Shown piece by piece: positions 10,147 through 20,632 of a stretch of DNA of 64,000 nucleotides (the first letter of the stretch is position 1; each line of letters starts with the position of its first letter). Both the position numbers and the translations under genes were made by a program. Source of the DNA: Cyanobacteriota bacterium (GTDB lineage: Bacteria; Cyanobacteriota; Cyanobacteriia; PCC-6307; Cyanobiaceae); assembly GCA_046047935.1 (NCBI GenBank), contig JBJOHA010000058.1, forward strand, positions 16,601-80,600, written 5' to 3'. The notes beneath the pieces are model-generated. The model was given only the letters and a program-made list of their open reading frames with translations. It ran no database searches and had not been told where the DNA came from.

Positions 10147-11331
10147 ATGGCAACGCTCACCGGCGATCCGGTATTGATTCTCGGTGGAGGCTTGATGGGC
10201 TTGTCGATCGCCCATGCACTGGCCCTGCGCGGGGAGACCGTTCGGGTGATCAGCCGGCGCCGGAGAGAGGCGGCGGGATTTGTGGCGGCGGGCATGCTGG
10301 CTCCCCACGCGGAGGGCCTGAGGGGCCCGATGCTGGCTCTCGGCCAGGCCAGCCTGGCGCTCGTCCCCCGTTGGGTGCGGCGCATCGAGGCGGACAGCGG
10401 CCTTCCCTGCGGTTTGCGCATCACGGGCATCGTGGTGCCCTTTGCCAGTCCACGGGATCGGGACGCCTTTCCCACGGCCTCCTTCGGACAGGCCCTGGAC
10501 CGTCGGGCCTTGGAGCGGGAGGTTCCAGGGATCGACACGGGATGGAGCAGTGGCTTGCTGTTCCCACAAGATGGCCAGATCGACAACAGACGATGTCTCA
10601 TGCGGGCCTTGGAGGCCGCCTGCGCGCATCGCGGCGTGGCCTTTGAGGAAGGCAGCGAGGTGTTGGAGCTCTTGACCGCCTCCAGTGGCGCCTTGTCGGC
10701 GGTGCGGGTCCGCGGCGCGAACGGGGAGACCTGCAAGATCGCCTGCCGACGAGCGGTGTTGGCCTGCGGCGCCTGGGCGGCACAGGTGCTGCCGGAGGTG
10801 CCCGTGCGGCCCGTCAAAGGGCAAATGCTGTCGCTGCAAGGTCCTCGCGGTGCCCTGGGCCGCGTGCTGTTCGGTCCCGGCATCTACATGGTGCCTCGCG
10901 AAGACGGCCTGGTGGTCGTCGGGGCGACGAGCGAGCCGGAGGCGGGCTTTCACGACGGCCTGACCCCTGCGGGACAGCGTCAGTTGGAGGAGGGGGTGGG
11001 CGCCCTTCTGCCAGAGGCTCGCACTTGGCCGCCGATGGAACGTTGGTGGGGGTTTCGGCCATGCACCACCGATCGGGAACCGTTGTTGGGGGAGGGGCTG
11101 ATTCCCGGGGTTTGGCTGGCGACAGGCCATCACCGCAATGGCGTTTTGCTGGCCGCGATCACGGCGGAGGTCGTGGCCCATGCCCTTGTTACGGCTGAGG
11201 GCGGTTCCGCCTTCCATTCGCCCTCTGTCGAGACCGCGGCCACAGAAGAGGCCCCCTCCACCGACGCGCGCCACTGGCTGAGCCTGTTTTCACCGAATCG
11301 ATTCCTGCGGAAGCCCGCGGCGAATGGGTAG
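10147..11331 (+). CDS. thiO: Glycine oxidase
   Basis: GGGLMGLSIA FAD motif, AAGMLAP, PVKGQML, GHHRNGVLLA; start ATG 10147. Confidence 0.92.
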   Translation: MATLTGDPVLILGGGLMGLSIAHALALRGETVRVISRRRREAAGFVAAGMLAPHAEGLRGPMLALGQASLALVPRWVRRIEADSGLPCGLRITGIVVPFASPRDRDAFPTASFGQALDRRALEREVPGIDTGWSSGLLFPQDGQIDNRRCLMRALEAACAHRGVAFEEGSEVLELLTASSGALSAVRVRGANGETCKIACRRAVLACGAWAAQVLPEVPVRPVKGQMLSLQGPRGALGRVLFGPGIYMVPREDGLVVVGATSEPEAGFHDGLTPAGQRQLEEGVGALLPEARTWPPMERWWGFRPCTTDREPLLGEGLIPGVWLATGHHRNGVLLAAITAEVVAHALVTAEGGSAFHSPSVETAATEEAPSTDARHWLSLFSPNRFLRKPAANG

Positions 11332-11405
11332 GGCTGGATCCAGACGGCGTTGGCGAAACGGTTCGCCATCGGCATGCCTTGCTGAGGGAGCGAAGCGGCC
11401 GGACT

Positions 11406-13304
11406 TCAGGGGGCGAGGGGGAGGGGTTGTTGCTTGGTGGCACGGATCTGTTGGTGCCAGAGGGAGGCATAGCGCCCGCCCAGGCGGAGGAGCTCTTGAT
11501 GGCTGCCCTGCTCGATGATGCGACCTTGATCCATGACATAGATGCAATCAGCATTCACAATCGTGCTGAGCCTGTGAGCGATGACAAGGATGGTGTGTTT
11601 GCGATCAAAGCGATCGATCGCTTCCTGAACGAGCCGCTCGCTCTCAGTATCCAACGCGCTGGTGGCTTCATCCAGGATCAGCAAATCGGGATTGCGCATG
11701 ATGGCGCGAGCGAGCGAAATTCTTTGTCGCTGTCCGCCGCTCAACCGATAGCCGCGTTCTCCGACAAGTGTGTTGTACGAATCCGGAAGGGCCTCAATGA
11801 AGGTGGCGGCTTGGGCCTGCCGTGCGGCAACGATCACATCGTCGAGGGTTGAACCCGGCGAGCCGAAGGAGATGTTGTCGGCAATGGAGGCGTTGAAGAG
11901 GAAGGTGTCTTGGCTGACCACACCGATGCGACGCTGCCAACTCGAAAGTTCGAAGGAGCGAAAATCAACGTCATCCAGGAGGATGCTGCCCTCTGTTTCG
12001 ACATAGAGACCGGCGAGAAGATCGGCGATGGAGCTCTTGCCAGCTCCGCTTCTGCCGACCAGAGCAACGGTGTGTCCGTGAGGGATGGAGAGGTTGATGT
12101 TGAGGAGCGCTGGTGTTGAACTGCTGCCATAGGTCAAACCAACATTTTTAAATTCGATGGATTTTGAAAAGCCTTGATAGACGGTGCCGGAGCGATAACG
12201 AAACTCTTTGTCATTGACAAGCATGAATTCGTTGAGCAGTTTCAGATTAGCGGAATTATTTTTTAATCGCATGAGCAACTCTGAGATCGAGCCTATGGAA
12301 CCATTCAAGCGCTGCAAGGCCACCACGAAAGTCACGAGGCTGGGGAGCACCCCCGAATTCTTGTTGCCGAAAACGACCAGACTCATAAAAGCAATCCCGG
12401 CGATCATAATCATTGGGAGAACCATCGTCACAGGTGCGTTTATTGAATTCAACCGCGTTTGTCCACGGAGATTATGTTCGAGCAAATGACTTTGACGCTC
12501 AACTTCAGCAGCGGCTTCATCGAGCCAGCCTGTCGTGTGGAGTAATCGCAATCCCTGAATGTTCTCCATCATCCGACTGCCGAGCTCTTTTGAGATCTCC
12601 GTTGTCACACTGGCTCGCACCGTCGCTCTTGGCAGCAGCTGTCGTTGGATCAGTGTTGAAGCGATGCCAAGACTGACAGCTGCGATCAGAAGCCAGGGAG
12701 AGAGGCGTGTGAGGACCACCAAGTAGGTGATCAACATCAAAGTCGAAACGAGGAGCCCATTGTAGCTATTGATCTCGGAAATAATACTGGGAGGACCGGC
12801 GCTATTGATATATTGAAGTTCGCCTATTCGATAACGGCTCGCGCATGAGAAACTAAAGCTTAAAACTTGAGCATGGAGAAGAGACGTCAGCCGCCGGGAA
12901 ACACGGTTGGCAAAGTAACCTAAGGAAACAGATCCGAGGTAAAAGAATAATCCCTGAAGAAGCTTCAGGAGGACAGCAGCACCAATCAGGAGGGAAAATG
13001 CTTGAAGGGGCGAAATCTGATTGAGCGTGCGAACAAGATCAGGAAAATATTTGATGGCAAAATCATTTGCAATTCCCAGGGTGCCGCCGTCTGGCTTGGA
13101 GAGAACCTTGACAGCAAGAAAAATGACCGCCAGGGTCAAGCCCTCGATGGAGGCATTGAGAAGTGAGCAAAAGATATTAACAATAATAAGCCGTCCATCC
13201 TTTTTTGCTGTTTCCCGAATCAGACGGGAAACAGGACTTTGATCGCGCAGGGGATTGAGGAGTGTTGCGCCAAGGCGACGCACTGAAATGAGGGGGGAGG
13301 CCAA
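11406..13304 (-). CDS. ABC exporter, fused permease and ATPase (MsbA/HepA-like)
   Basis: N-terminal TM helices; GRSGAGKS, LSGGQRQR, ILDEATSALD, IAHRLST. Confidence 0.92.
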   Translation of the reverse strand: MASPLISVRRLGATLLNPLRDQSPVSRLIRETAKKDGRLIIVNIFCSLLNASIEGLTLAVIFLAVKVLSKPDGGTLGIANDFAIKYFPDLVRTLNQISPLQAFSLLIGAAVLLKLLQGLFFYLGSVSLGYFANRVSRRLTSLLHAQVLSFSFSCASRYRIGELQYINSAGPPSIISEINSYNGLLVSTLMLITYLVVLTRLSPWLLIAAVSLGIASTLIQRQLLPRATVRASVTTEISKELGSRMMENIQGLRLLHTTGWLDEAAAEVERQSHLLEHNLRGQTRLNSINAPVTMVLPMIMIAGIAFMSLVVFGNKNSGVLPSLVTFVVALQRLNGSIGSISELLMRLKNNSANLKLLNEFMLVNDKEFRYRSGTVYQGFSKSIEFKNVGLTYGSSSTPALLNINLSIPHGHTVALVGRSGAGKSSIADLLAGLYVETEGSILLDDVDFRSFELSSWQRRIGVVSQDTFLFNASIADNISFGSPGSTLDDVIVAARQAQAATFIEALPDSYNTLVGERGYRLSGGQRQRISLARAIMRNPDLLILDEATSALDTESERLVQEAIDRFDRKHTILVIAHRLSTIVNADCIYVMDQGRIIEQGSHQELLRLGGRYASLWHQQIRATKQQPLPLAP

Positions 13305-13441
13305 GCGGGAATAAATGTACGGATGGACCCTTTTGGACCAGGGTTGGCATCATTAAAGCGCATTATTTTGCCGGATTCCGCCCGCAGGGACAGTCTGCGC
13401 GGGGATCGATCCAGAAGCGGCCCCGTGTGGAATGATCCGCC

Positions 13442-13903
13442 TTAGATCGATTCGGTGCGCCAGGTTTGATCCGCCGGAGACCAGTCATTGAGTTCCCCCT
13501 CGGAAAACCACAGGGCGATTTCCTGGATCGCCGTGTCAGCGCCATCGGACCCATGAATCACATTGCGGCCAATGTTGATGGCCAGATCGCCGCGAATCGT
13601 TCCCGGACTGGCTTCCAGGGGTTTGGTGGCACCGATCATCAAGCGGGCGGCTGCGATCACGCCCTCTCCCTCCCAGACCATCGCCACCACAGGTCCGCTG
13701 GTGATGAAGTCGACCAAACCGGCAAAGAACGGGCGCTCGCGATGCACGCCGTAGTGGCTTTCCGCCAACGCGCGGCTGGGTGTGAGCTGCTTGAGACCGA
13801 CGAGCTTGAACCCCTTGCGCTCAAAGCGACCGATGATCTCGCCGACCAGACCCCGCTGCACGCCATCCGGCTTGATGGCGAGAAAGGTGCGCTCAGCGGG
13901 CAT
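13442..13903 (-). CDS. ndk: Nucleoside diphosphate kinase
   Basis: [30 protein letters not shown]; start ATG 13903. Confidence 0.98.
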   Translation of the reverse strand: MPAERTFLAIKPDGVQRGLVGEIIGRFERKGFKLVGLKQLTPSRALAESHYGVHRERPFFAGLVDFITSGPVVAMVWEGEGVIAAARLMIGATKPLEASPGTIRGDLAINIGRNVIHGSDGADTAIQEIALWFSEGELNDWSPADQTWRTESI

Positions 13904-14036
13904 GACAACAAAAAACAAAACCTGCTCATCATGGATTTTCAAGAGTCCGCTTGGCAAGGCTTGTTGCGTCCATCACGCTTCCCTCCCCGGTTCCGCCTCG
14001 CCCTAGGGTGAATCGAGGTGTTGCTGGTGCCTGTCC

Positions 14037-15224
14037 ATGGCCGTTGCGCCGCCCAAGGGCTTCCCTCACCAGCCTCCAAGGGCCCGCCCTGAAGTCGAGG
14101 ACCTTCAGGGCTACAGCGCCCCCTTGGAAGGTCGCAGGGGCATGCTGCGTCTTGATTTCAACGAAAACACCCTCGGTCCCAGTCCGTCGGTGGTGGAGGC
14201 GATACGAGCCATTCCGCCCGAGCACTACGCGATCTACCCGGAATACGACGGGTTGCGGGAGCGGGTTGTGGAGGCTCTGGGCTCGTCCGGACGACACCTG
14301 GATCCAGCCCACATCGGCCTGTTCAATGGGGTGGACGCGGCCTTGCACGCGATTTTTCATGCCTACGGCCAGCCTGGCGACCGCCTGCTCACCACCACAC
14401 CCACCTTCGGCTACTACGCACCCTGCGCCCGCATGCAGGGCATGGCCATCGAGGCCATTCCCTATCGCTTGCCCTGCTTCAGCTTTCCCCTGGAGGAGAT
14501 CCAAGCCATCTTGACCTCCGGTGCGTCGCCGGGATCAGCCACAGGGCCGAGACTGCTTCTGATCTGCAACCCCAACAACCCCACCGGAACCCGGCTGGCC
14601 CCCGCCCGGATCTTGGAGCTGGCCGCCGCCGCTCCCCATACCCTTGTGGTGGTGGATGAGCTCTACGAGGCCTTCAGCGGCGACAGTGTGCTGCCCCTGC
14701 TGGAAGAGCGGGCCGCTGCGGGCGGGTGGGAGCACGCATTCAGCGCCCACCCGAATCTGGTGGTCCTTCGTTCCCTCTCCAAAACAGCCGGGTTGGCAGG
14801 GCTGCGCATCGGTTTTGCCATCGGCGACAGGGCCGTGGTGGAGCGTCTCGATCGGGTCGGTGGTCCCTACGACGTGAACAGCTTTGCGGTGGCGGCCGCC
14901 CGCGCCGCTTTGGCGGATGCCACCTACGTGTCGGCTTATGTGGAAGCGGTCATCGAAGCCAAGGAGTGGCTTTCGGGTGAATTGGCCCGCACAGGCGTGC
15001 GTCACCATGTGGACGGTGGCAATTACCTCTTGATCTGGCCGGCGACGCCGGCTGCCGAGATGGAGCATCGCCTTCGCGAGGCTGGCATCCTGGTGCGCTC
15101 GATGGCGGGGAAGCCCCTGATCGACGGATCCTTGCGGGTGAGCATTGGCACACGGGAGCAGATGGAGCGCTTCTGGACCGCGTTTCAAGCCATCGAGGCC
15201 ACAACATCGCCGCCATCGTTCTGA
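14037..15224 (+). CDS. hisC: Histidinol-phosphate aminotransferase family
   Basis: LDFNEN, CNPNNPTG, VDELY, SLSKTAGLAGLRIG. Confidence 0.85.
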   Translation: MAVAPPKGFPHQPPRARPEVEDLQGYSAPLEGRRGMLRLDFNENTLGPSPSVVEAIRAIPPEHYAIYPEYDGLRERVVEALGSSGRHLDPAHIGLFNGVDAALHAIFHAYGQPGDRLLTTTPTFGYYAPCARMQGMAIEAIPYRLPCFSFPLEEIQAILTSGASPGSATGPRLLLICNPNNPTGTRLAPARILELAAAAPHTLVVVDELYEAFSGDSVLPLLEERAAAGGWEHAFSAHPNLVVLRSLSKTAGLAGLRIGFAIGDRAVVERLDRVGGPYDVNSFAVAAARAALADATYVSAYVEAVIEAKEWLSGELARTGVRHHVDGGNYLLIWPATPAAEMEHRLREAGILVRSMAGKPLIDGSLRVSIGTREQMERFWTAFQAIEATTSPPSF

Positions 15225-15236
15225 GCCCACCCGTGC

Positions 15237-15989
15237 TCAGCGCATCACCTCCACCACCGGTCCATCCGGAAGGGGTGGGGTGAGGCTCAGGCTTGATCCC
15301 GCTTGACGCACCGTGGGCGAGCCGAGAGCGTCGAGAAAAGGTTGCAGGCCCCCCTGGTCACAGCCGACAGGAGCCCTGCCGCTTCGGACAAACTGCACCG
15401 GGATCACACGTCGGGGATTGAGGTCGCGCACCACCGCCGCCGCCTCGGCGCCGGTGTAAACCTTGGCGCCGCCGCCAACGCCGATCACCAGGACGTCCGG
15501 CCGGCCCAGGAGAACCCTGTCGGCGGGGGTGATGGTTCCGGCGGTGCCGCCGAGGTGGGCGAAATCCAATCCTCCCTGGCGCCAACGCCAGACCGTGGAG
15601 AGGCCAAAGCGGCGACCGTTGACCCGGTCATGGGGGATGCCGATGCCTTCGATGCGCAGGCCCGCCACCTGATAGGAACCCGGCTTGCTGAGAAAGCGGC
15701 CGCTGGCCACCGCAGCCCCTTCATCCTTGAGGAGGCTGCTGGCCAGGATCACATCGGCATTCACCCGCGGTTCCGCCAACCCCGCGGCACAGGCGACGGC
15801 CCGGAAGGGATTGAGCAGCACCCGGGCTCCACCACCCTCGATCAACACCGCGCTGTGGCCAAAGCTTGTGATCCGCACCCCGCCTTGGGCTTGCGCGGGG
15901 GGAAGGGCCAGGCTGGCGGTCAGAAGAGCGGCGCAGAGCAGCCCGCCGGTCGAGCGTTGAGCACAAGCACGCGCGAAGGCGGTGGGCAT
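15237..15989 (-). CDS. MBL-fold metallo-hydrolase-like exported protein
   Basis: Signal-like N-terminus, FGHSAVLI, FAHLGG, DVLVIGVGGG, PRRVIPV; start ATG 15989. Confidence 0.75.
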   Translation of the reverse strand: MPTAFARACAQRSTGGLLCAALLTASLALPPAQAQGGVRITSFGHSAVLIEGGGARVLLNPFRAVACAAGLAEPRVNADVILASSLLKDEGAAVASGRFLSKPGSYQVAGLRIEGIGIPHDRVNGRRFGLSTVWRWRQGGLDFAHLGGTAGTITPADRVLLGRPDVLVIGVGGGAKVYTGAEAAAVVRDLNPRRVIPVQFVRSGRAPVGCDQGGLQPFLDALGSPTVRQAGSSLSLTPPLPDGPVVEVMR

Positions 15990-16015
15990 GGGAGGAGGGG
16001 CGTCGTCGCGCGAAG

Positions 16016-16627
16016 TTAGCAGTGGTTGGCGGGGCGGCTTTGCGCCAACTCGAGGAAATTGGCCAGCAGGGCGTGGCCCGACTCGGTGAGGACGCTTTCC
16101 GGGTGGAACTGGACCCCCTGCAGGTGCGGCCACAGCCGGTGGCGCAACCCCATGATTGTCCCGTCCTCCAACCAGGCGGTGACCTCCAGCACCTCCGGGA
16201 GGGTGGAGCGGTCGACAATCAAGCTGTGGTAGCGGGTGGCGACCAGGGGGTCGGGCAGGCCCGCGAAAACGCCTTGCCCGCTGTGGTGAACCGGCGAGGT
16301 TTTGCCATGCATGAGTTGCGGTGCTCGCACCACGTGACCACCAAACACCTGGCCCAGGCATTGATGGCCCAGGCACACACCCAGGATGGGCAGGTCGGGC
16401 CCCAATTCCCGCAACACCTCCAGACAAACGCCGGCCTGGTTCGGATCCCCGGGACCAGGCGAAATGAGCACGGCACGGGGAGAGAGGCGGCGAATCTCCC
16501 CCAGGGTCAAGGCATCGTTGCGCTCGACGCGCACCTCGGCGGCCAGGGGGTGGGTGGCTGCCAACTCCCCTAGATATTGCACCAGGTTGAAGGTGAAACT
16601 GTCGTAATTGTCGAGGACAAGCAGCAT
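16016..16627 (-). CDS. trpG: Anthranilate/aminodeoxychorismate synthase component II
   Basis: [36 protein letters not shown]; could equally be pabA. Confidence 0.9.
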   Translation of the reverse strand: MLLVLDNYDSFTFNLVQYLGELAATHPLAAEVRVERNDALTLGEIRRLSPRAVLISPGPGDPNQAGVCLEVLRELGPDLPILGVCLGHQCLGQVFGGHVVRAPQLMHGKTSPVHHSGQGVFAGLPDPLVATRYHSLIVDRSTLPEVLEVTAWLEDGTIMGLRHRLWPHLQGVQFHPESVLTESGHALLANFLELAQSRPANHC

Positions 16628-16635
16628 GGCGCTCC

Positions 16636-17112
16636 TTAGCGATTGAGCAGGCCAAAACGCTGCAACAAGGGAGGAATCAGCAGCAGCAGAGCGATCAGGA
16701 GGGAGGAAAGAGCCGCGACGAGCACCGCCGCCGCCGCACAATCCTTGGCAATCCGCGCAAGGGGATGAAACTTGCGGCCGATGGCCAGGTCGACCGCCGC
16801 TTCCGTGGCGGTGTTCAACAGCTCCAGCACGAGCACTGCGGCGACCGTGAGCACCAGCACGGCCATGCGATCAGGGCTCAGGCCAAGCCAGAGACCCAAG
16901 ACAAACACCACCAGCCCCATGAAGACATGGATGCGGAAGTTGCGCTGGCTGGCAAAGCCATAAGCGAGACCCTGGGCTGCATAGCGAAAACTGGAGGGCA
17001 GGTCGCCGGCCATCTTCCAGGCTCCGACGCGCAGGCGACGACCGCGGCGATGGACATCAACGCCCACGTCGTGAAGGTGGGTGGGCTGGGGATCGTGTAC
17101 GGGCAAGGCCAC
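16636..17112 (-). CDS. dgkA: Diacylglycerol kinase family (start uncertain)
   Basis: [39 protein letters not shown]. Confidence 0.88.
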   Translation of the reverse strand: MALPVHDPQPTHLHDVGVDVHRRGRRLRVGAWKMAGDLPSSFRYAAQGLAYGFASQRNFRIHVFMGLVVFVLGLWLGLSPDRMAVLVLTVAAVLVLELLNTATEAAVDLAIGRKFHPLARIAKDCAAAAVLVAALSSLLIALLLLIPPLLQRFGLLNR

Positions 17113-17141
17113 TCCACAACACTCAGCTTGCTGGCGGCACC

Positions 17142-17729
17142 CTAACCGGTTGGCTCGCCCTGGCAAGACGCTGTTGTCACGGAGGGAAGATGAGCCGAGG
17201 CGGCGAGCAAGGCCTCCTGCAGATCGAGCATGGCCGCGAGGGAGGGGTCGTCGGGATGATCCCAGCCGAGCAGATGCAACAGGCCATGGCTGGCGAGAAA
17301 CAGCAGCTCCCTGGAGAGGGCGTGTCCCTCGGCCTCCGCCTGGCGCCGGGCGGTCTCCGTGGAGATCACGATGTCGCCCAGTTCGAGGGGCTGGTCCTCG
17401 GGTTCCCCTCTGATGGCGGCAGCCGCCGGCCAGGACGCGTCGCCATGGGGAGGCGCGGGAGGCGCGGGGAGGGGATCCTCCTGGAGGGCGAATGCCAACA
17501 CGTCCGTTGGGCCCTCCTGGCCGCGCCACGTGGTGTTGAGATGGCTGATCTCCGCATCGTCACAGAGGGTCAAGCCCAGGCTGTAACTCGACGCGGCCAG
17601 GTGAGGGGGCACCCGCGTCGCGAGCGCGTGCAACCAGGCGCTCACATGGTCGTGCCAGACCTGGCGAAGGTGATCGTCCTCCGGCAGCCCGGTGAGGGCA
17701 AGGTCGAGAGCCGGTGGAGCCGTGGTCAT
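17142..17729 (-). CDS. ybeY: rRNA maturation RNase YbeY
   Basis: PTDVLAF, LGDIVIS, HGLLHLLGWDH. Confidence 0.95.
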   Translation of the reverse strand: MTTAPPALDLALTGLPEDDHLRQVWHDHVSAWLHALATRVPPHLAASSYSLGLTLCDDAEISHLNTTWRGQEGPTDVLAFALQEDPLPAPPAPPHGDASWPAAAAIRGEPEDQPLELGDIVISTETARRQAEAEGHALSRELLFLASHGLLHLLGWDHPDDPSLAAMLDLQEALLAASAHLPSVTTASCQGEPTG

Positions 17730-17741
17730 GAGGGGAGGATC

Positions 17742-17948
17742 TCAGAGGGGGACGCGGGGCCGACCCAGCCAGGCCAGGAGCAGGAGAAAAGCGCTCAATC
17801 CGAGGGCCGTCAGACCAAAATGCAGCAAACTTTGGCGACCTTTGCGCACCATGTTGCGCATGGCCAGCTTGACAAATCCCGCAGATTCCTCCTTCGTTGC
17901 CGCCTTGCTGCCTGTTGTCGCTGGAGTGGCCTCAGGGGAGGGGGCCAT
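17742..17948 (-). CDS. DUF3285-like small membrane protein
   Basis: FVKLAMRNMVRKG...SLLHFGLT followed by a TM helix. Confidence 0.8.
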   Translation of the reverse strand: MAPSPEATPATTGSKAATKEESAGFVKLAMRNMVRKGRQSLLHFGLTALGLSAFLLLLAWLGRPRVPL

Positions 17949-17989
17949 GGGGGCACATCGGAGATGGTGGGGACATTAACGGGGGCGAC

Positions 17990-19109
17990 TCACACCGCGA
18001 CGCCCACTTCCACCCCCTGACGCAGCAGACTTTGAATGAAGGGATCGAGATCCCCATCCATCACGCCTTGCACATCGGTGGTTTCTTCACCAGTGCGCAG
18101 ATCTTTCACCATCTGGTAGGGGTGAAACACGTAGTTGCGGATCTGATTGCCCCACGCTGCCTCGACGATGTCACCGCGGATGTCGGCAATTTGAGCGGCC
18201 CGCTGTTCCTGGGCGATCACAAGAAGTTTGGCTTTCAAAAGCGCCATGGCCTTTTCCTTGTTCTGCAACTGGGAGCGTTCCTGAGTGCAGCGCACGGCGA
18301 GGCCCGTGGGCACGTGCAGGATTCGCACGGCGGTCTCCACCTTGTTCACGTTCTGGCCACCGGCGCCGCCAGAACGGGAGGTGGTGATCTCCAGGTCTTT
18401 GTCGGGGATCTCCAGATCGAGTTCCTCCTCCAGTTTCGGCATGACCTCCACGCCTGCGAAACTGGTTTGGCGCTTGTCATTGGCGTTGAAGGGAGAGATG
18501 CGCACCAGACGATGCGTGCCCTTCTCATTGCGCAGATAGCCGTAGGCGTAACGCCCCTCGATCTCAATCGTGCAGCTTTTGATGCCCGCTTCCTCCCCCT
18601 CGGTGATCTCATCGACGCTGACCTTCATGCCATGGTCCTCGGCCCATCGGGTGTACATGCGCATCAACATCAAGGCCCAATCCTGAGCATCGGTTCCACC
18701 CGCCCCGGCATTGATGCTCAGAACGGCTCCCTCCTTGTCGTAGGTGCCACTGAGGAGTCGCTCGAGTTCCCAGCGATCCAGATCGCTTTTCAATTGCCGC
18801 AACCCGCCATTGGCCTCGCTCAGGAGCTCGTCGTCAGGCTCCAGGTCGTAGAGCTCAAGGGTGGCTTGGGCGTCCTCCACCAGGCCGCGCCAACGGGCCA
18901 GCTGATCGAGTTGGGCCTTCACCTCGTCGAGCTGCCGCATCTGCCGCTGGGCCAGGGTTTGATCGTCCCAAAAGCCTGGCTGGGAGGCGAGCTGCTCGAG
19001 ATCCCGCTGCCGCGCGTTCAGAGCAGGAACGTCAAAGACAGTCCTGGGCATGGCCCAGGCGGTCGCTGAGTTCGGAGAGGTCGCGCTTGAAATCCGTCAG
19101 ATCGAGCAC
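17990..19109 (-). CDS. prfB: Peptide chain release factor 2, +1 programmed frameshift
   Basis: ORF1 from GTG 19109 ([25 protein letters not shown]) ends at CTT TGA C; the shifted frame continues DVPALNARQ with SPF and GGQ motifs. Confidence 0.97.
19031..19045 (-). promoter_or_regulatory. RF2 frameshift signal: AGGA SD-like element then CTT TGA C
   Basis: Minus strand reads AGGACTGTCTTTGAC. Confidence 0.92.
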
Positions 19110-19295
19110 GTGGCCACACGTCGCAATGGCATGACCCTATCAGCGCGGACCCGGTTCAGCGCCGACCCGGTTCGACGCGGGACCGGTTCAGTGCGGGACA
19201 GGGGGCACGGCGGTGGCGTCACGTCCGCCTCACCTCGACAAACGTCCCTGAGGACCACCACGCCTAGGATCCTTGCCTCCTCAACCCACCCCTCG

Positions 19296-19592
19296 ATGTC
19301 TCCAGAGAACCCGGCGGCGCCCCCTGGAGCCCCCACCGTGGAGATCTACACCTGGCGGTTCTGCCCCTTCTGCATCCGCGCCAAAAGCCTGCTGGATCGC
19401 AAGGGGGTGGCCTACCGGGAGTACGCCATCGATGGGGATGACCAAGCCCGGCGGGCGATGAGCCAGCGGGCGGATGGCCGCAGCAGCCTGCCGCAGATCT
19501 TCATCAACAATGAAGGCATCGGCGGTTGCGACGAGCTGCATGCCCTGGAGCGGCGCGGTCGGCTCGATGCTCTCCTGGGATGGAGCGCGTGA
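19296..19592 (+). CDS. grxC: Glutaredoxin 3
   Basis: CPFC active site, SLPQIFI, IGGCDEL. Confidence 0.95.
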   Translation: MSPENPAAPPGAPTVEIYTWRFCPFCIRAKSLLDRKGVAYREYAIDGDDQARRAMSQRADGRSSLPQIFINNEGIGGCDELHALERRGRLDALLGWSA

Positions 19593-20632
19593 GCGAGATC
19601 GAACGCGCCGCAGACGTGGATCGGAATCAGGGATCGAGCCAGCGACACCTGTTTGTGATCGATCCCTTGGAGCGGCTCAATCCAGCCAAGGACAGCTCCG
19701 TGGCCCTGATGCAGGCCCTGCAGCGCGCGGGTGGCCAGGCCTGGTGCTGTGAGCTGGCGGATCTTTGCGCCGATCTCCATCCCGATGGCGGCCATGGCGC
19801 CTGGGTGCGCGCCAGGCCTCTGGAGTTGGCGGAGATGGGCTGCCGGGAGGGCCGATGGGAGGTGCCCGACCCTTGGGTGCGCCCCGGGACGGCCCGGTGG
19901 TTGCCCCTGGATCACTTCCCGGTGGTGTGGATGCGGAAGGATCCGCCTGTGGATGAGGCCTACCTCTATGCCACCCATCTCCTTGAGCTGGGGGAGCGTC
20001 GCGGCGTGCGGGTGGTGAATCGCCCGGCCTCCCTGCGGGCCTGGAATGAAAAGCTCAGCGCCCTGCGCTTCAGCCACCGCATGGCGCCCACCCTGGTGAG
20101 CAGCCGGGTGGACACCCTGGCCCGATTCGCTCGGGAGCAGGGGGAGGTGGTGCTCAAGCCCTTGGCCGGGCGTGCTGGCCAGGGGGTGGTGTTCGTCTCG
20201 GCGCGGATGCCAGGCCTGGGGGCCCTGCTGGAGCTCGTGACGCAGATGGAGACGCTGCCCGTGATGGCCCAGACCTTCTTGAGCGGGGTGCGGGCTGGCG
20301 ACAAGCGCATCCTGCTGGTGGATGGAGAGCCTCTGGGCGCTGTGAACCGGGTGCCGACGGATGGCGAGTTCCGCAGCAACCTGGCGGTCGGCGGCCAACC
20401 CATGGCCACAGACCTCACCCCGATCGAGCGGGAGATCTGCGCCGAGCTGGCCCCGGTGCTGCGGGAGGCGGGGTTGTTTTTCGTCGGCATCGACGTGATC
20501 GACGGTCGGCTGAGCGAGATCAACGTCACCAGCCCCACGGGGGTGCGGGAAGTGGAGCGTCTGGGCGAGTGTCCCGTGGCGGATCAGACGATCGCCCGCC
20601 TGCTGGCGCCATCGGTTGCGGGAAGCAGCTGA
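19589..20632 (+). CDS. gshB: Glutathione synthetase (start uncertain)
   Basis: [44 protein letters not shown]. Confidence 0.95.
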   Translation: MSEIERAADVDRNQGSSQRHLFVIDPLERLNPAKDSSVALMQALQRAGGQAWCCELADLCADLHPDGGHGAWVRARPLELAEMGCREGRWEVPDPWVRPGTARWLPLDHFPVVWMRKDPPVDEAYLYATHLLELGERRGVRVVNRPASLRAWNEKLSALRFSHRMAPTLVSSRVDTLARFAREQGEVVLKPLAGRAGQGVVFVSARMPGLGALLELVTQMETLPVMAQTFLSGVRAGDKRILLVDGEPLGAVNRVPTDGEFRSNLAVGGQPMATDLTPIEREICAELAPVLREAGLFFVGIDVIDGRLSEINVTSPTGVREVERLGECPVADQTIARLLAPSVAGSS

